Shown: piece after piece, positions 44,395 through 57,089 of the stretch
Layout: every line of letters starts with the position of its first letter
Position numbering within the stretch: position 1 is the stretch's first letter
Assembly (NCBI GenBank): GCA_008632985.1
Contig: QPGO01000121.1
Location: 1-64,000 of the forward strand
DNA: 64,000 nt
DNA from: Psammoneis japonica
Taxonomy: Eukaryota
Reading direction: 5' to 3'
The notes under the pieces: generated by a model
The model's database searches: none
Told to the model about the DNA's origin: nothing
Seen by the model: only the letters and a program-made list of their open reading frames with translations
Position numbers and translations under genes: made by a program

Positions 44395-47300
44395 ATGTCA
44401 GATACGTTCGTCGAACCGTGGCCAAAAAACGACACTATCCCTCCCTTCGCTCGTTATGATGGGCAGCAGTCGTTCTTTGGAGGCGACGCGCCTCTCCCCG
44501 AGGCTGTTGGATACGTTGTTGTGTTGGGATTTGGTCTCCTCTTCAGTGTCATTACCACTCTACTTGTAATGGCTGACAAGTTCTTTGCTGGCAATGCGAG
44601 CATCACAAGCGAACACTTCAAGTAAGTAATGGGAGGCAATCTGTTTTATCTGTTTTCATCTTTAATCTGTGGTGCTGCTCCCCCGGGATCACAATCCCGA
44701 CACGGGGAAGGCCGATCATGGGTCCAATCGAGATTTGCGGAGTTACAAAGCAATACTGCTTCGTATATCATCAGTGTAGTCTCTCTGAATACCGTATCAT
44801 TGCGTTGAAACTCCTTCAAACGAAGAATCCTCGTCGCTCACGGCATTTCTTTCCATTCCTTCATCATCTTACTCTCTATTTTAGCACCGCTGGCCGTATG
44901 ATCAAAACGGGTCTCACAGCAAGTGTTATCGTCAGTCAATGGACGTGGGCTGCTACCTTGTTGCAGTCGTCCAACGTTGCTTGGCAATACGGAGTTTCGG
45001 GACCGTTCTGGTAAGTCACGCCGTTGTTCATGGCGATTTTTCGCTTCAGAGGATCGGGGACCGCTCATTTTTTCGATTTCAGAATCGGTGCAAATAATGT
45101 TTTCTTCGCGGTTTCCTTCGCTCGTTCTGTAAAGAAGATTTGCTGATTCCTCGATTTTGATTGGTCGATGAAAAAGTTCTGGAAGTTGTCTTTTCAACAT
45201 GAAAGATATGTTTATGCTTTTCTCCGTTCTTGATTCCATTGTAATGTTGTCAGCATGCCCCTATCATTTGTTCATTTATATTTGTTCCTACATGTTTATG
45301 ATCATTTGTCTTGACGCGCCACTATAACTGCCCATGTATTGCCCATTAATTGCTGCAAATTTTCACAGAGGAAATCAAACATCAATCATGTGACGTCATT
45401 CTTCCGTGTCAATCAAAGTCGATGACCCTCCTCACTTTTTCTGTTGCCTTCCACCTTCTCATACCAAGGTACGCCTCTGGCGCGACGATCCAGGTCCTTC
45501 TCTTTGGTGTTCTTGCGATTTCGCTGAAGCAGGTTGCCCCGTCTGCTCACACTGTCTGTGAGATCGTCCGTGCCCGCTGGGGGAAAACCGCCCACCTTAC
45601 TTTCCTCTTCTTCGCGTTCTGCGCCAACATCATTGTGACTTCGATGCTCCTTCTCGGTGGAGCGGCCACCGTTGATGCTCTTACCGGAATGGATTACCGT
45701 CTTGCCGCCTTTTTGATTCCCTGGGGTGTGATTGTGTACACCGCATCGGGTGGCCTCAAAGCTACCTTCTTGGCAAGCTACCTGCACACTGTGATCATTT
45801 TCACCGTTCTCGTCACGATGATCCTTGTCGTCTACATCAAGGTCTACAGTTCCGACCAAATCTATCGATTCCTTGATGCGACTGTCAGCTACAGCCCCGA
45901 AGATTGCGCAAGGATTTACTCAGATAACGGCGTCTCGTTCTTTGAACCAGGTTTTTACGCCTGTGGTCCAGTCTCCGGCAACCACGAAGGTTCATACCTT
46001 ACGATGCTTTCTGGCGATGGTCTGATGTTCGGTATCATTAACATTGTGGGAAATTTCGGAACCGTGTTTGTTGACCAGGTGAGTATTGCCGAGCTTTCTC
46101 TTTCGCGTGACAACTTATGATTTGCCTTATCGATGTTTTGAATTTTTTTTCTGCAGTCCTACTGGCAGTCAGCTATCGCGGCTCGGCCGTCCTCTGCTGC
46201 CCGAGGATATCTTCTTGGAGGCATCTGCTGGTTTGCAATTCCATTCTCGTTGGCCACGTCCCTTGGTCTTGCGTCGACTGCTCTGATGCTGCCCATCACC
46301 GCTGATGAGGCAGGTGCTGGTCTTGTCCCCCCAGCTGTGGCTGTAGAACTTTTGGGAGATGGAGGCGCTACTCTTATCCTCATCATGCTTTTTATGGCGA
46401 TCGTATCCACCGGATCAGCCGAGTCAATCGCTGTTTCATCTCTTGTTGCGTATGACATTTACCGGGAATATTTCAACCCGGAGGCGACAGGGGAACAGAT
46501 TCTTCGCGTATCCCGTATTGTCATTGTCGGCTTTGGCCTGATCATGGGTGCCTTCGCGATCGCCCTCTTCGAGATGGGACTCAGTCTAGGATGGGTATAC
46601 CTTTTCATGGGTGTCGTCATCGGATCGGCTGTCATTCCCCTTTGGAACATGATGACTTGGTCCAAGGCTTCCGGAACGGGTGCCGTTGTTGCGGCTTGGT
46701 CCGGCCTTGTTTTGGCAGTGACCGGCTGGCTCTCGGGTGCCAAGATTCAAGGTGGATCCGTCACCGTCGATACCCTAGGAACGAACGAAGTCATGCTCAG
46801 TGGAAACTTGATCGCTATTCTTAGTTCTGGAATCATTCACTATGTCTATTCCAAGTTCATCGATCCTCAGGATTACGACTTCGCCGAACTGGACAAGAAC
46901 ATCCATCTCGTCGAAGAAGACATGTCTGGACTGACCGCCGAAGAACAGGTGAGTATTGTGCTGTCTCTTTTACGTTGCATGCTCTTACGAGTTGCCTTAT
47001 CGATGTGTATTGCAAATTGTCTCTGCTTAATATAGGACCCTGTTCTTCTCGCAAAGACGAAGCGATGGATCGTCCGTCGCGGCTACGCGTTGACTTTCGT
47101 CCTTATCATTCTCTGGCCGTGCTTGTCTCTTCCGGCCGGAGTCTTCACTCAAGGTTACTTTGCCTTTTGGGTCTTCCTCGCGATCGCCTGGGGCTTTGGT
47201 GCCGCTCTTGTCATTACCATCCTTCCTCTCACTGAAAGCAGCGAAGAAATTGGAAAGGTTCTTAGCGGTATGTGGAACTACTTCACCTGCCGAAAGGGCA

Positions 47301-47443
47301 ATGCTGAAGACTACGAGGAGGATGAAGAGGAGAACGTAAAGGTTCTCGACGAAGAAGAGAGTGAGGAAACTCCCGACGAAATTGCCGAGGAAGCTCCCGC
47401 TGAATCTACGGCTGACGCTGCTGTCGAAGTGGATGAGGAATAA
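44395..47443 (+). CDS. DUR3: Urea active transporter (sodium:solute symporter family); introns 44622-44884, 45011-45468, 46079-46156, 46949-47035
   Basis: [93 protein letters not shown]; introns keep frame. Confidence 0.95.
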
Positions 47444-47739
47444 GCTTGTTTGTTTCTCGAGTCGCCGGCATGCTTGTCACTTCGTTTACAGGTGCCTTTG
47501 TTGTGACTGAATGCCTGTGCGTTTCGTATACATATCATATTCTGTACTTATGTCTGTGTCTGCATCGGAGGGAAGGCAGGTTCACTCCAGCAATGTGTGT
47601 TACCATGTAGTATTATTCTTAGATTAGTTGACATTAAATACTGTGGTAAAACCATATCTTGCTTTCGAAGATTCCGAGTAAGTTAGGTGTGACAATCTCG
47701 GGGCTTTGAACCTCAAAAGTCACCAGGTAGCACCGTGCA

Positions 47740-49106
47740 TTATACCGACAGTGTGCCTTTGCTGCTTGCGGTCTTCCCAGCGCGACGCGGGTCCACAGCC
47801 GAACAGAAATACAAAGCTCGACCAAAGGCAGCCGCAGTCGCCATTGCTGTCTCTTTCAGATCTTTGCCTGCGCTTCGTTCCACAATGTGGACAGTCATGA
47901 GTCCATTCATGACGAGCGACTCCAATACGTGATCAAACATTTCCACCGATAAACCTTCATCGACGTATTCTTGCCCACTACTGGACAATGAAAGATTGTG
48001 TGTGAGACATGGGCGGTTCGACAGATCCATTGTCACTTCCACCTCGGCGTCTGCGAGAGAAACAAAAGGCCAGTATCAACAAGTACATGAGCAATAACCT
48101 TTTTTTTCCTCCTCAGATTTAGACAGTGAGTTCTTACCTCCATATTGAGCCACGGCACACCACATGCGATTGAGCCCCGCTTTTGTTCCAAACGCCTTAT
48201 TCAAGACCTGGCCAATCGATATGGAAACGTCTTCACTTGTATGGTGGTCGTCCACCCACAAATCTCCTGTGCATTTGATATTCAAGCTAGCCTTTGCTTC
48301 TTGCGCCAAGGTTGTAAAGATTTCGTCCAGGCATTTGATTCCTGAATCAATTGCAACTCCATTCTTGCCACCATCCAGGTCGAGAGCAACCGAGATGCTG
48401 GTTTCCTTGGTTGCTCGCTCCACCGACCCTTTGCGATCAAGCGCAAGGCCTTGCTTGTAGCTTCACTGTCTGGACCCCACAGGTTTTCGGTGGAAGCACT
48501 GACGGAATTGATGTTGGTCCCATCTAGTAGGTTCCGAAAGGCACGAGAAAATGCCTTAAAGGCGCTTTCCACAACATGATGGCCATTGTCGCCTCTAACT
48601 TTGTCAAGTTTCACGTGAAGACCAGCGTGAGTCGCCAGTTGATCAAAAAACAGATTCAAATGTGCAGTCTCCATTTGACCAATTTTGCTTCGGCCCTTTC
48701 CTTTTGGATAAATGCCATATGGAGCAAGTGTAAAGGAGCCGAGTCTACCACCCTCATTCACAGAACATGTCAAATTGCATTCAACCAGTGCCTCATCGAG
48801 AGGACAGCAGAACCGACTCGTCGCTCCAATAGGAACACGCCTCTCTAACAAGAGCTTTTTCATTTCACATCCCAGCGAAGCTCCTACTTGTTTCATGAGG
48901 CTCGCTTGATCGTTCGAGGCGAATCGATTCTTATCGTCAGACGATGTCTCCGCACATGACGACGAGACGGAAACTGCAACTCCGACTTGTGCGTGCGAAT
49001 TGAATTGATCCAACATGTGATCAAAGAACCCGACGCCAGACGAAATTGGCTTTGAAGATTTTGCTACATCGAGACACTCAACGTTGGAGATCTCAAAGGA
49101 CGTCAT
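47740..49106 (-). CDS. hisB: Imidazoleglycerol-phosphate dehydratase, two tandem HisB copies; intron 48051-48137, frameshift near 48450
   Basis: Copy 1: SGVGFFDHML, PLDEAL, GDNGHHVVESAFKAFSRA; copy 2: ERATKETSI, GDLWVDDHHTSEDV, DLSNRP, EMFDHVLES, ASSKGTL. Confidence 0.9.
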
Positions 49107-49613
49107 GGTGTTGTCGTGAGACTTGTGTGGCGGTGGCAGAGCGAGATGGGGGGGGGGAGAAATCTGAGTGCGCTGGAATAAAGTTTCGATTTGATTCAAC
49201 GGATACATACGTATCTTCGTGCTGATTATTTTTTGAATAATTCGCTGCGAACACCAAAATTTCAAAATGAAAATTGCATCCGAGTGGGATGCTCGTGCGT
49301 CCGTCGGGGATGCTAGTCTATTCACTTTTCGAGTTACAATGACAGAACCACGGTCCTGAAGGACAGCCAACAAAAGGATTAAAACATGGGGTGAGCAGCA
49401 TCCTGAGGAAGCTCGTGGCAACCGCAAGATTTTATTGTTGCGACACGACGAACCGCGCGCACATCGAGAACGCGCATAAGATCCACGATCCTGCGACGAA
49501 CGAAAACCGATGGATTCCATTCACGCGGAGGTGTCAGACGTGCGAAGTCAAATATATATCGAAAGAAGAGCAAAGAGTAACACAGAAGAAGAGAACGCAA
49601 TATCCTGCATTTT

Positions 49614-51698
49614 ATGAAGATTCTTCTATTCTTTTGTGTCTTGACACTCTCGTTTGTTTCTGGAATGACAATGAAACAAAACCGCGTAACAATCTTTTCC
49701 AACGGCGTTGCTGATTTTCAGCGTGTCTTCTCTACCACGGGCGAGAAGCAGCAGGTGGAGCTTCACGTCAAGAAGGATCACGTGGGAGACATTCTATCGT
49801 CGCTGCTCATTGACGGTCCCGTAGTTCTCACGGTACCACCGAACTTTACTCCGGAAAATGAGCAGTACGGCGACAAACTGACTCTGTCGGAAGACAATGT
49901 GTTTCAGGATATCTTTCGACAGTTACGTGGTTCGCAAATCAAAATCACAACCATTGGGAACGAGGTTTTGGAGGGACGCATCTTTGGTCTTGATTCGGAA
50001 ATTGTTGCTATTCATGGCGACGCTGAACACAGTGCCACCAAGAACTATTACGGCCAAATCTTGACGGAAACCGGCTTGAGGCGTGTCTTACAGTCTGCGG
50101 TTACGACTATGGAGTTTCCTCAGGACTCGGTCAAGTCTGAAGTGGACAAGGCGCTCAATCGTGCTTTCCAGAAAATCAGGCCTCAATCGACGACTGTCGA
50201 TATGGAAGTCACTTCGGAATCTCCTGACCAGCAATTTACAATTCAGTACACTGTTCCGGCCGCCGCATGGAAAATGACGTACCGCTTGATTCATACCGGA
50301 TCGGATGATGATCATATTCGGCTGGATGGTGTGGGAGTCGTGGATAACAATACAGAAGAAGACTGGGACGACTTTTTGGTTTCCATGGTGGTTGGAGAGC
50401 CCGTCACCTTTTCGACGGATGTGGCCACCAGCAAAATTCCTCGCCGCCAGAATATCAATCTAGTATCTCAAGCGGCGCAAGGCGGTGTGGAAATTGAGAA
50501 AGGACGTGTCGCCGAGAAGGCAAGGAGAGTCCATCGCCATATGGGTGCTGAGAGGAAGGCTGCAGCATTTGACATGATGGAAGCAACTGCAGAGGCCGAG
50601 AGGTTCGGGGGCGGTTCAATGGCGATGATGTCTGCAGCCGCGCCGCCACCCATGGAGGAAGCACAAAACGCCATGGTCCCAGACGCCTCCTCTCGTGAAG
50701 TTGGGGACTTTGCTGTGTGGGATGTTGAGAATCCCTTGACAATCAAGGCGGGTCAGTCCGCAGAGATTCCAGTCTTTTCTACCGAGCTCAAGGATGCCGA
50801 CGCCGTGTTGTTTTACAAGTTTGCAAACAACCCGGAGCGTGCCTTCCGTTCCATCCGATTCAAGAATAAGACCGGCAACAACCTTGGTCGCGGTGTCTGC
50901 ACGGTATACGAGAAAGGCGTTTACTCGGGCTCGGCCATTCTCAGTGCTGCCCAAAAGGATGAAGACGTCCTTCTGTGCCATGCAGTCGAGACGGGGGTGA
51001 GGGTCAGCTTTACGCCTGGTAACCAGGAGCATGAAGTCTCTTCTCTCCACATTGCCAAGGGCATTGTGGTTCAGACAAATAATTGGCGTCGTGAATCTAC
51101 GTACACGATCAAAAACATGAAAGATGAGGAATTTCTGTTGGTTCTTGATCACCAGAAGGTTTGGGATCGAAAGGGAGTATTGACGAGTCTGCTAGAAGAG
51201 GAAAAGATTGAACCAAAAGAAGAGTTGAAGAATGGCGTCCGTTTTGAGGTCCCAGTACCTCCCGGTGCAAGCATCGTCCTTTCAGTTATGGAAACATTTG
51301 GTCAGGAGCAGAGGCTGACACTCGGAAAGGCTTGGCTTGACCGTACCATCATTGCCACGGAGCATCCATTGCTTGCAGAGAATTCGATCCAGTCAGTGAT
51401 TGAGTTGGAAAAGAAATTGGGCCAGTTACAAGGAGTTGAGACTCACCTTAGACGCAAACTTGAGACGATTGAGTCCGAGCAACAGCGTGTTCGCAGCTTG
51501 ATTGAAAGCGACCCCAACAATGATCAGTGGAAGAATGATCTTCGCAGCACGGAGACAGAGATTCGTAGCTTAAGTCGCAAGGAGCTACCCAAGATTGCTA
51601 AGGATATCACTGAGGCTCGCGAGGCTGTTCATGCTGCGCTCCAAACGGTCGCTGTGCAATGGACGAAAGAAGGATCCTGTGGTGTCACGCGTGACTAG
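49614..51698 (+). CDS. DUF4139-like protein, intronless, with signal peptide
   Basis: RVTIFSNGVADF start, YTVPAAAWKMTYRL, VDNNTEEDWDD, GQSAEIP and C-terminal coiled coil resemble bacterial DUF4139 proteins. Confidence 0.7.
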   Translation: MKILLFFCVLTLSFVSGMTMKQNRVTIFSNGVADFQRVFSTTGEKQQVELHVKKDHVGDILSSLLIDGPVVLTVPPNFTPENEQYGDKLTLSEDNVFQDIFRQLRGSQIKITTIGNEVLEGRIFGLDSEIVAIHGDAEHSATKNYYGQILTETGLRRVLQSAVTTMEFPQDSVKSEVDKALNRAFQKIRPQSTTVDMEVTSESPDQQFTIQYTVPAAAWKMTYRLIHTGSDDDHIRLDGVGVVDNNTEEDWDDFLVSMVVGEPVTFSTDVATSKIPRRQNINLVSQAAQGGVEIEKGRVAEKARRVHRHMGAERKAAAFDMMEATAEAERFGGGSMAMMSAAAPPPMEEAQNAMVPDASSREVGDFAVWDVENPLTIKAGQSAEIPVFSTELKDADAVLFYKFANNPERAFRSIRFKNKTGNNLGRGVCTVYEKGVYSGSAILSAAQKDEDVLLCHAVETGVRVSFTPGNQEHEVSSLHIAKGIVVQTNNWRRESTYTIKNMKDEEFLLVLDHQKVWDRKGVLTSLLEEEKIEPKEELKNGVRFEVPVPPGASIVLSVMETFGQEQRLTLGKAWLDRTIIATEHPLLAENSIQSVIELEKKLGQLQGVETHLRRKLETIESEQQRVRSLIESDPNNDQWKNDLRSTETEIRSLSRKELPKIAKDITEAREAVHAALQTVAVQWTKEGSCGVTRD

Positions 51699-52427
51699 TT
51701 TAGCAGGAGTGACTCCGAGGAGCAGCAGGCTTTCCCATGAAACTGACACAATTTTAGACTAGGATACTGCGGATAACAGTGTAGAGAATTGCTTTTCTTG
51801 CCAATATATCAAAACTGTCCCTCAAATGAAATATGGTCGATGCACCGATATCGTCAATATGAAGCCATCCCGAGAAAGGGTAGGCCCTAGGTAGCTTAGA
51901 TGCGCGTTCACTGTACATCGTGTCGAACAAAGCCCACACAGGGCCACAGCTCCGCTCATGTGTTTTCAGATTAGATCAATTTTGACAGCTGTTGTGTCAA
52001 CTAGGGTTTCCACTCCAACGATTCCGACATGCTCCTTTTCCCTTCGGGCGGGGTGTCGACTTGACCAATCACAAAAAAGCTATATCTGCGTGTTAGGGCT
52101 CAACCTACCAACGAACGAGTTCTTGTGGCACTTAGTAAGATTGAAAGGATAGAGAGCTGTACCGTGACTGGCGACGAGTTGGAAAGTGCCGGATTGTTTT
52201 ACGTAGAGTATGCATCAAACTTCGGTAGAAAATGATGCTTCTGTCCCATCCTATGGCCTACGATGATATCAAAAGAGTGAAGACGTAACGAAACCCTAGG
52301 TTATGGAAATGATCGCATAGGATACAGTCTAGTACATAAGTTTCACTCGAGATCTAGCACGTGCCCGGAATGGGATGCTCTTCAACTATTGGAATGACTC
52401 TGCTCAGACAGACTTCGTGAGATCCGT

Positions 52428-53634
52428 CTACATGGCAACAGGAGTTCGCCAAAAGAAAAGTACAGGCTTGCCCTCCAACGATCCTCCCTGTCTCGGATAC
52501 TTGACTCTATCCACTCTTTCTTCTCCATTCCACAGAGAGATGGAACCCCCTTTGTTCCCGAGGCTTACTGGGGACAATGGCTTAATCTGTACAGCCTGGC
52601 CGGGCGCAAGGGAGCCCGAGATGTGCAGTTCGCCTTGAGGGTCTTTGAGTTTCCATCCAGTCAAGTCAACACCTTCATCAGAGAGATTGATAATGGACAC
52701 CCACTCATTTGTCTGCTCATCTCCAGGTGCGTTGACCAAAGCAGCTGCAATGTAGATGGGCACGTCATCGTCTCGCACCACAACGCGCTGACCGTCTGGC
52801 CCCACGATTTCCTTGGGGTCATCCACTTCAATTGGACGTTCATCATCCGCAACGGGGTTATAATACGAAAGCTCGGGTGCAAACGCAAGCCCCGTCAATC
52901 GTTCCACCTCTTCTGTCGAAACCTGGTATCGCTGATGGTTAAACATGCGGCGCCCATATTTGTCGCGAAGCGACTCTTCATCCTGCAACATGACAAAGGC
53001 ACGCACATCCAATTTGTTCTGGTGGTTTATAAATACAACGAGTTTGAAAAAGCCTGCTGGAACTTGCGCCGGGAGACGTCCTTCTGGAGAAACGGTTCGG
53101 TCAAACTCCCCAAAGATGGGACCCGTAATCACACTAATTTTGCCGTCGGCATCCAGCTCTAGCTCGAGGACCCAGTCCTCTAACTCCAACCACTCATCCT
53201 GATTGAAGTTACTGTGCTGCAGAGCTGCATTTGTGTAGTAGAATGTGTCGTCGGATGCCTTTTTCGCTTTTTCGTTCGTGTCGCCCCATGCAGCGGCTAC
53301 CCGTCGTGTCAAGTGTCCTCGGTCCCACGGGTTGTTTCTGTAGTAATCGTTGTTGAGCTGATTCGCTGTCCCAACGCGTTCATCCTCCCTCCAGTCGTCG
53401 CTTCTACTACGGGTTTGATTAGGCCTGATTGCAATTGACGGCCGAAAAGAGAGCTGTGCGTTGAGACTTGCTCATGACAACGGTGTAGTTCTCGTATTTG
53501 GCAAGGATGCGACGACCGTCGTGGGCTTCATCCGGAGACAGCTCAGGGCGCTCGAGCACATCCTCAAACAAGGTCGACGAGAAGGATGGGAGAGGGACCG
53601 GCTCATCAAGAAAGTTAGGATCGTAACCACTCAT
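52428..53634 (-). CDS. DNA/RNA non-specific endonuclease (NucA/EndoG beta-beta-alpha-Me) fused to a lamin-tail domain; frameshift(s) at 53400-53425
   Basis: MSGYDPNFL start; reconstructed YRNNPWDRGHLTRR; TFYYTNAALQHSNFNQDEWLELED; VITGPIF; LTD-like EWVSIINLSDEGVDLTGWKLKD...LGNKGGSI. Confidence 0.88.
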
Positions 53635-54065
53635 CTTGGTAACTTTCAAATCGTAAAAGTGTCATGACACAAGAAAAGGGTTCGCAAAACAAGCGTGCGG
53701 AGTCGGAGGGAAGTTTTCGTTGTGTCAGTCTGGCGGTCGTCTGCTTTGCTCGCCTTCAGACGCACGCGATGATGAATGCTCTGACGCCGGACGCCGTGTC
53801 ACGGTGTCATGTGTCATCGTTCGTCGTGTCGAAGCTGTTGCCATAGTTCTTGCTATATACTCTCTATCAGCTCTAGTAGTGTTGTCCTCAGTGACACAAG
53901 CCTTGAGTGCGACGCCGTCTCTCCGAAGCGACGCGGTGGATGAATGCTGCAGTTACAAAATCTTTACACAACAATCGTTTGACACACCGCAAGATCACTA
54001 GAAAGAAAGCGCTTCCATCGAATCATCTGTCTTCCGTCCTGTTTCTGCTGTGTTTGATATTCAAC

Positions 54066-54993
54066 ATGAGTACATTTTCAGCCAAAGCAGCAGAGAGCCG
54101 CAATCTTGTAGTAGCAACCCGTCTTCATCTGGGAAATGCCTCTAAACCTAGGGAGCAGGATGAGCTCGATCAAACCATGTTGAGCTTTCTGCAATTCGCG
54201 AGTCGCTGTCGCGCCACATGTGCTTTTATCGCCGTGGATTCCACTCCTAAAATACAAAATTACGACTTGGTGGATGCCGTGAAACAAGCTTGTCATCAGG
54301 CTGCTGTCGAAAATAACAATCTGGTCGAATGCAGAGTGATTCCCGTGACACCGTGGGGCAAGTTTGTTCCGGCTCTCAACGCTCTGGTCAGCAGTGCAGC
54401 ACGTCATGGAGCGGATCTGTGTCTCTTTTGTTCCGCTGAAACCGAAGCATCAGCAGAGTCCATTCAATCCCTTTGCGGGGAAATGGATAGCAATACTTTA
54501 GTGGCAGGTGCGCTTTTACCGGGACACTGTTATCACGCTAGTGAAAAGGTGCAGCTGGACGGCAGGACTACCCATGGAATACTCTCGCTCTCTGGAATGT
54601 CCCCAAATTGGCTCTCAACGGGTTCGCGTTAGTATCGGAAGGATTGCATCCGTATTCAGACGGAAGGTATGTACAGTACTGCAGTACAATCAAAATGAAA
54701 TTTCACTCCTATACCGAATAACACACGCACTTATTGGCGCTGTTCTCTGTGCACGATATAGTGAGGGAGCGTCTGGCGTGGAGGAGGCGGTGGCGATTGC
54801 CATACTACAAGCTATTCTCGGCGAGCAATGCGCCATGGCAAAACTCGTGAAACTACCAGACGTTCAATGGGAGCAGGAGTGGCCTGATGAAGAACGACGC
54901 AAATGGCATGAACGAAAGATGAAGAGTAAAAGCGAACGAGCGGAGCGACAAATGAGTTTGACAGGTCTAAAGGGTTGGGTGCATCACTGTTAA
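54066..54993 (+). CDS. Conserved hypothetical protein; frameshift ~54572, intron ~54668-54761
   Basis: PVTPWGKFVPALNAL, DGRTT.WNTLALWNVPKL, GVEEAVAIAI, RRKWHERKMKSK in consecutive frames. Confidence 0.6.
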
Positions 54994-55416
54994 TAACTTA
55001 GATTCGGTCGACAGATGCTCGTGACCACCGCAATACCATAGGAAACAACGAGGAAAGGTTTTGGAAAACGGAACGGAAGAGTCCCGCAAGACTCATCGAA
55101 ATCTTTTTAGTCCCGAGATTTCAGTCTTGGCTTCGATTATTTTACCTGGTTTTTCGTGGGTATGATTTTCGGTCGGGGAAGAGACGGCTACTCTTTAAAT
55201 GAATGCTTCTAGAGCTTGCATATAAGATCTATGGGTCCCACTTTGGTTGCCAGACCGATGGATCATCAAATGGATTTGTTACTTATGGTGCGCCCCAGGA
55301 TCGATTATTCCCACCTGGACTGCAAGAACGACAGAAATTCTTGTCAAAGCCTTGATGAGAGATTCTCTTTGTGACGCTCTTGATGTGTCACTTTTTCTGG
55401 TTCTATATTGTAATCG

Positions 55417-56930
55417 ATGGCGTCAAGCCTCTTTGCTCTTACCCTGTTCAAGCTGTGGCTTCCGGCCTTTGGAAGAAGCTGGACGGAAACGCTTCCGTTC
55501 GAGGTCGTGAACCCGCCATACCCGATGGATGCGATCGAAAGAATGGAGATCAGCACTGACTTGATTTATACCGCTGCTCCGTCTTCCTTTCCAAGTCTTA
55601 ATCCTACAATGTTTCCAACCACGAGCGAGCCTTCGAGCCACCCAACTGGTTTTCCAAGCGTGAGCTTCTCCCCCTCCATGCATCCAACTAATGCCCCGTC
55701 ACAGAATCCTACACCCCCTCCAACTCACCAGCCAACTCAGTCACCGACACAAAACCTTCAATGAACCCAACACCCCCTCCTATCAGTGTATCTCTGAAAT
55801 CAAATCCAGCTCCCAGTGATCCAAGAGCTGGGTTCTTCAACTACGACGAAGGGCCTGACGCTCAGTACGGTCCGAATGAAGGCTGGGCGAAAAGGTACCG
55901 CGTCCCTGATGACTTTTATTGGAGAGAGTTTGACAATAATGGTTTTGGTCCTTGGAAGGAATCATTGGCGAAACGATTTCCTTCCAAGAATCGTTGCGCT
56001 CGTGTTGGACTGCAAAGTCCCATTGATATACGACCGAATGGAGCGAAATGCTGGGAGCATCATCAAATTCGCAACTTTGTAAGTGACCCCGAGAGCTGGT
56101 GCGTTTGCTGTCGATTAGAATGAAGCTGACTGACTTGTGATCTTTCTACAGCCAGGCGATTTACGGTAGGTGACGTAGACGTTCGAAAGGAAATCCATCC
56201 CAACAAGCTTCGCCTGGTTTGGCCACGTCGCCCTTGCTTTGATCACAAAGACCCAAAGTGCGGCGAGCCCGATCCGCCACACGCTGATTTCCCGCATGGC
56301 TGGTCCTTTACAGATATGATGCACATCGACTTCAAGGTTCCAAGTGAGCACTTGATCAAGGGTGAACGTTTCGATGGGGAGATGCAAATGTTTCACCTTC
56401 ACAGGGGTAGAGGCCGGATGCCAACGAGTTCGGTACTCATGCGAGCTTCCGCGGACGGGCACAACTCCATGTTGCAGCAAGCGTTGGATGAATTCCAAAA
56501 CGTTTTCGACAAACACAGGACCGAATGCGCAAGACAGAAGAGACGGGAACGCGAGCTTGATGTCGATCACGACTGGGATGAAGCGACTTTGAAGTGTACA
56601 ATGCGACAGAAAGTGATCGGCGAAGACTGAAACGTTGGGACCCGTACGATATTAGGCTGGTGCCAACGGTCCATTTTTATGGCTACAAGGGAAGTTTAAC
56701 TGAGCCGCCGTGCGGTGAATGGATAAGCTGGCGCATCTTTGATGAGCCTATGAAAATAAGTTTCTCCAGCTTGAACAAATGAAGAAGCTAATCTTTGCAC
56801 ACGTTTCCCCGTCCTGTGAAAGGACTGGTGCCCAGTGGCGCGGAAGTGTAGCTCGTCCGATACAAGACATAGCAGGCCGAGAAGTGTATCACTGCGGAAA
56901 GAAAAATTTTGAGCCCGAATGTCCGTTTTT
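55417..56930 (+). CDS. Alpha-carbonic anhydrase-like protein with PT-rich stalk; intron ~56079-56150; several frameshifts
   Basis: LQSPIDI, PSEHLIKGERFDGEMQMFH, YGYKGSLTEPPCGEWISWRI; boundaries approximate. Confidence 0.75.
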
Positions 56931-57089
56931 CCCGCCTGCGTGTCAGAATTAGAAGAATCGAAACAACAACAGAACATTGACCAAGACACGGGCTGCGTTT
57001 TTTTTCTACAAGTACTGTACTGAATGTATCTAGCGCAACCAATACAAGACTACTTGTTTAGAATGCTTCTGCTTGGTGATTGTTTCGCT

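Noticed and set aside
44622..45468. TPP riboswitch in the symporter introns
   Set aside because: The conserved CUGAGA and CUGAU-type aptamer core was not found in the right arrangement.
49614..53634. Bacterial contamination or a prokaryotic defence operon
   Set aside because: Genes are convergent, contiguous with intron-containing genes and similar in composition; no operon structure.
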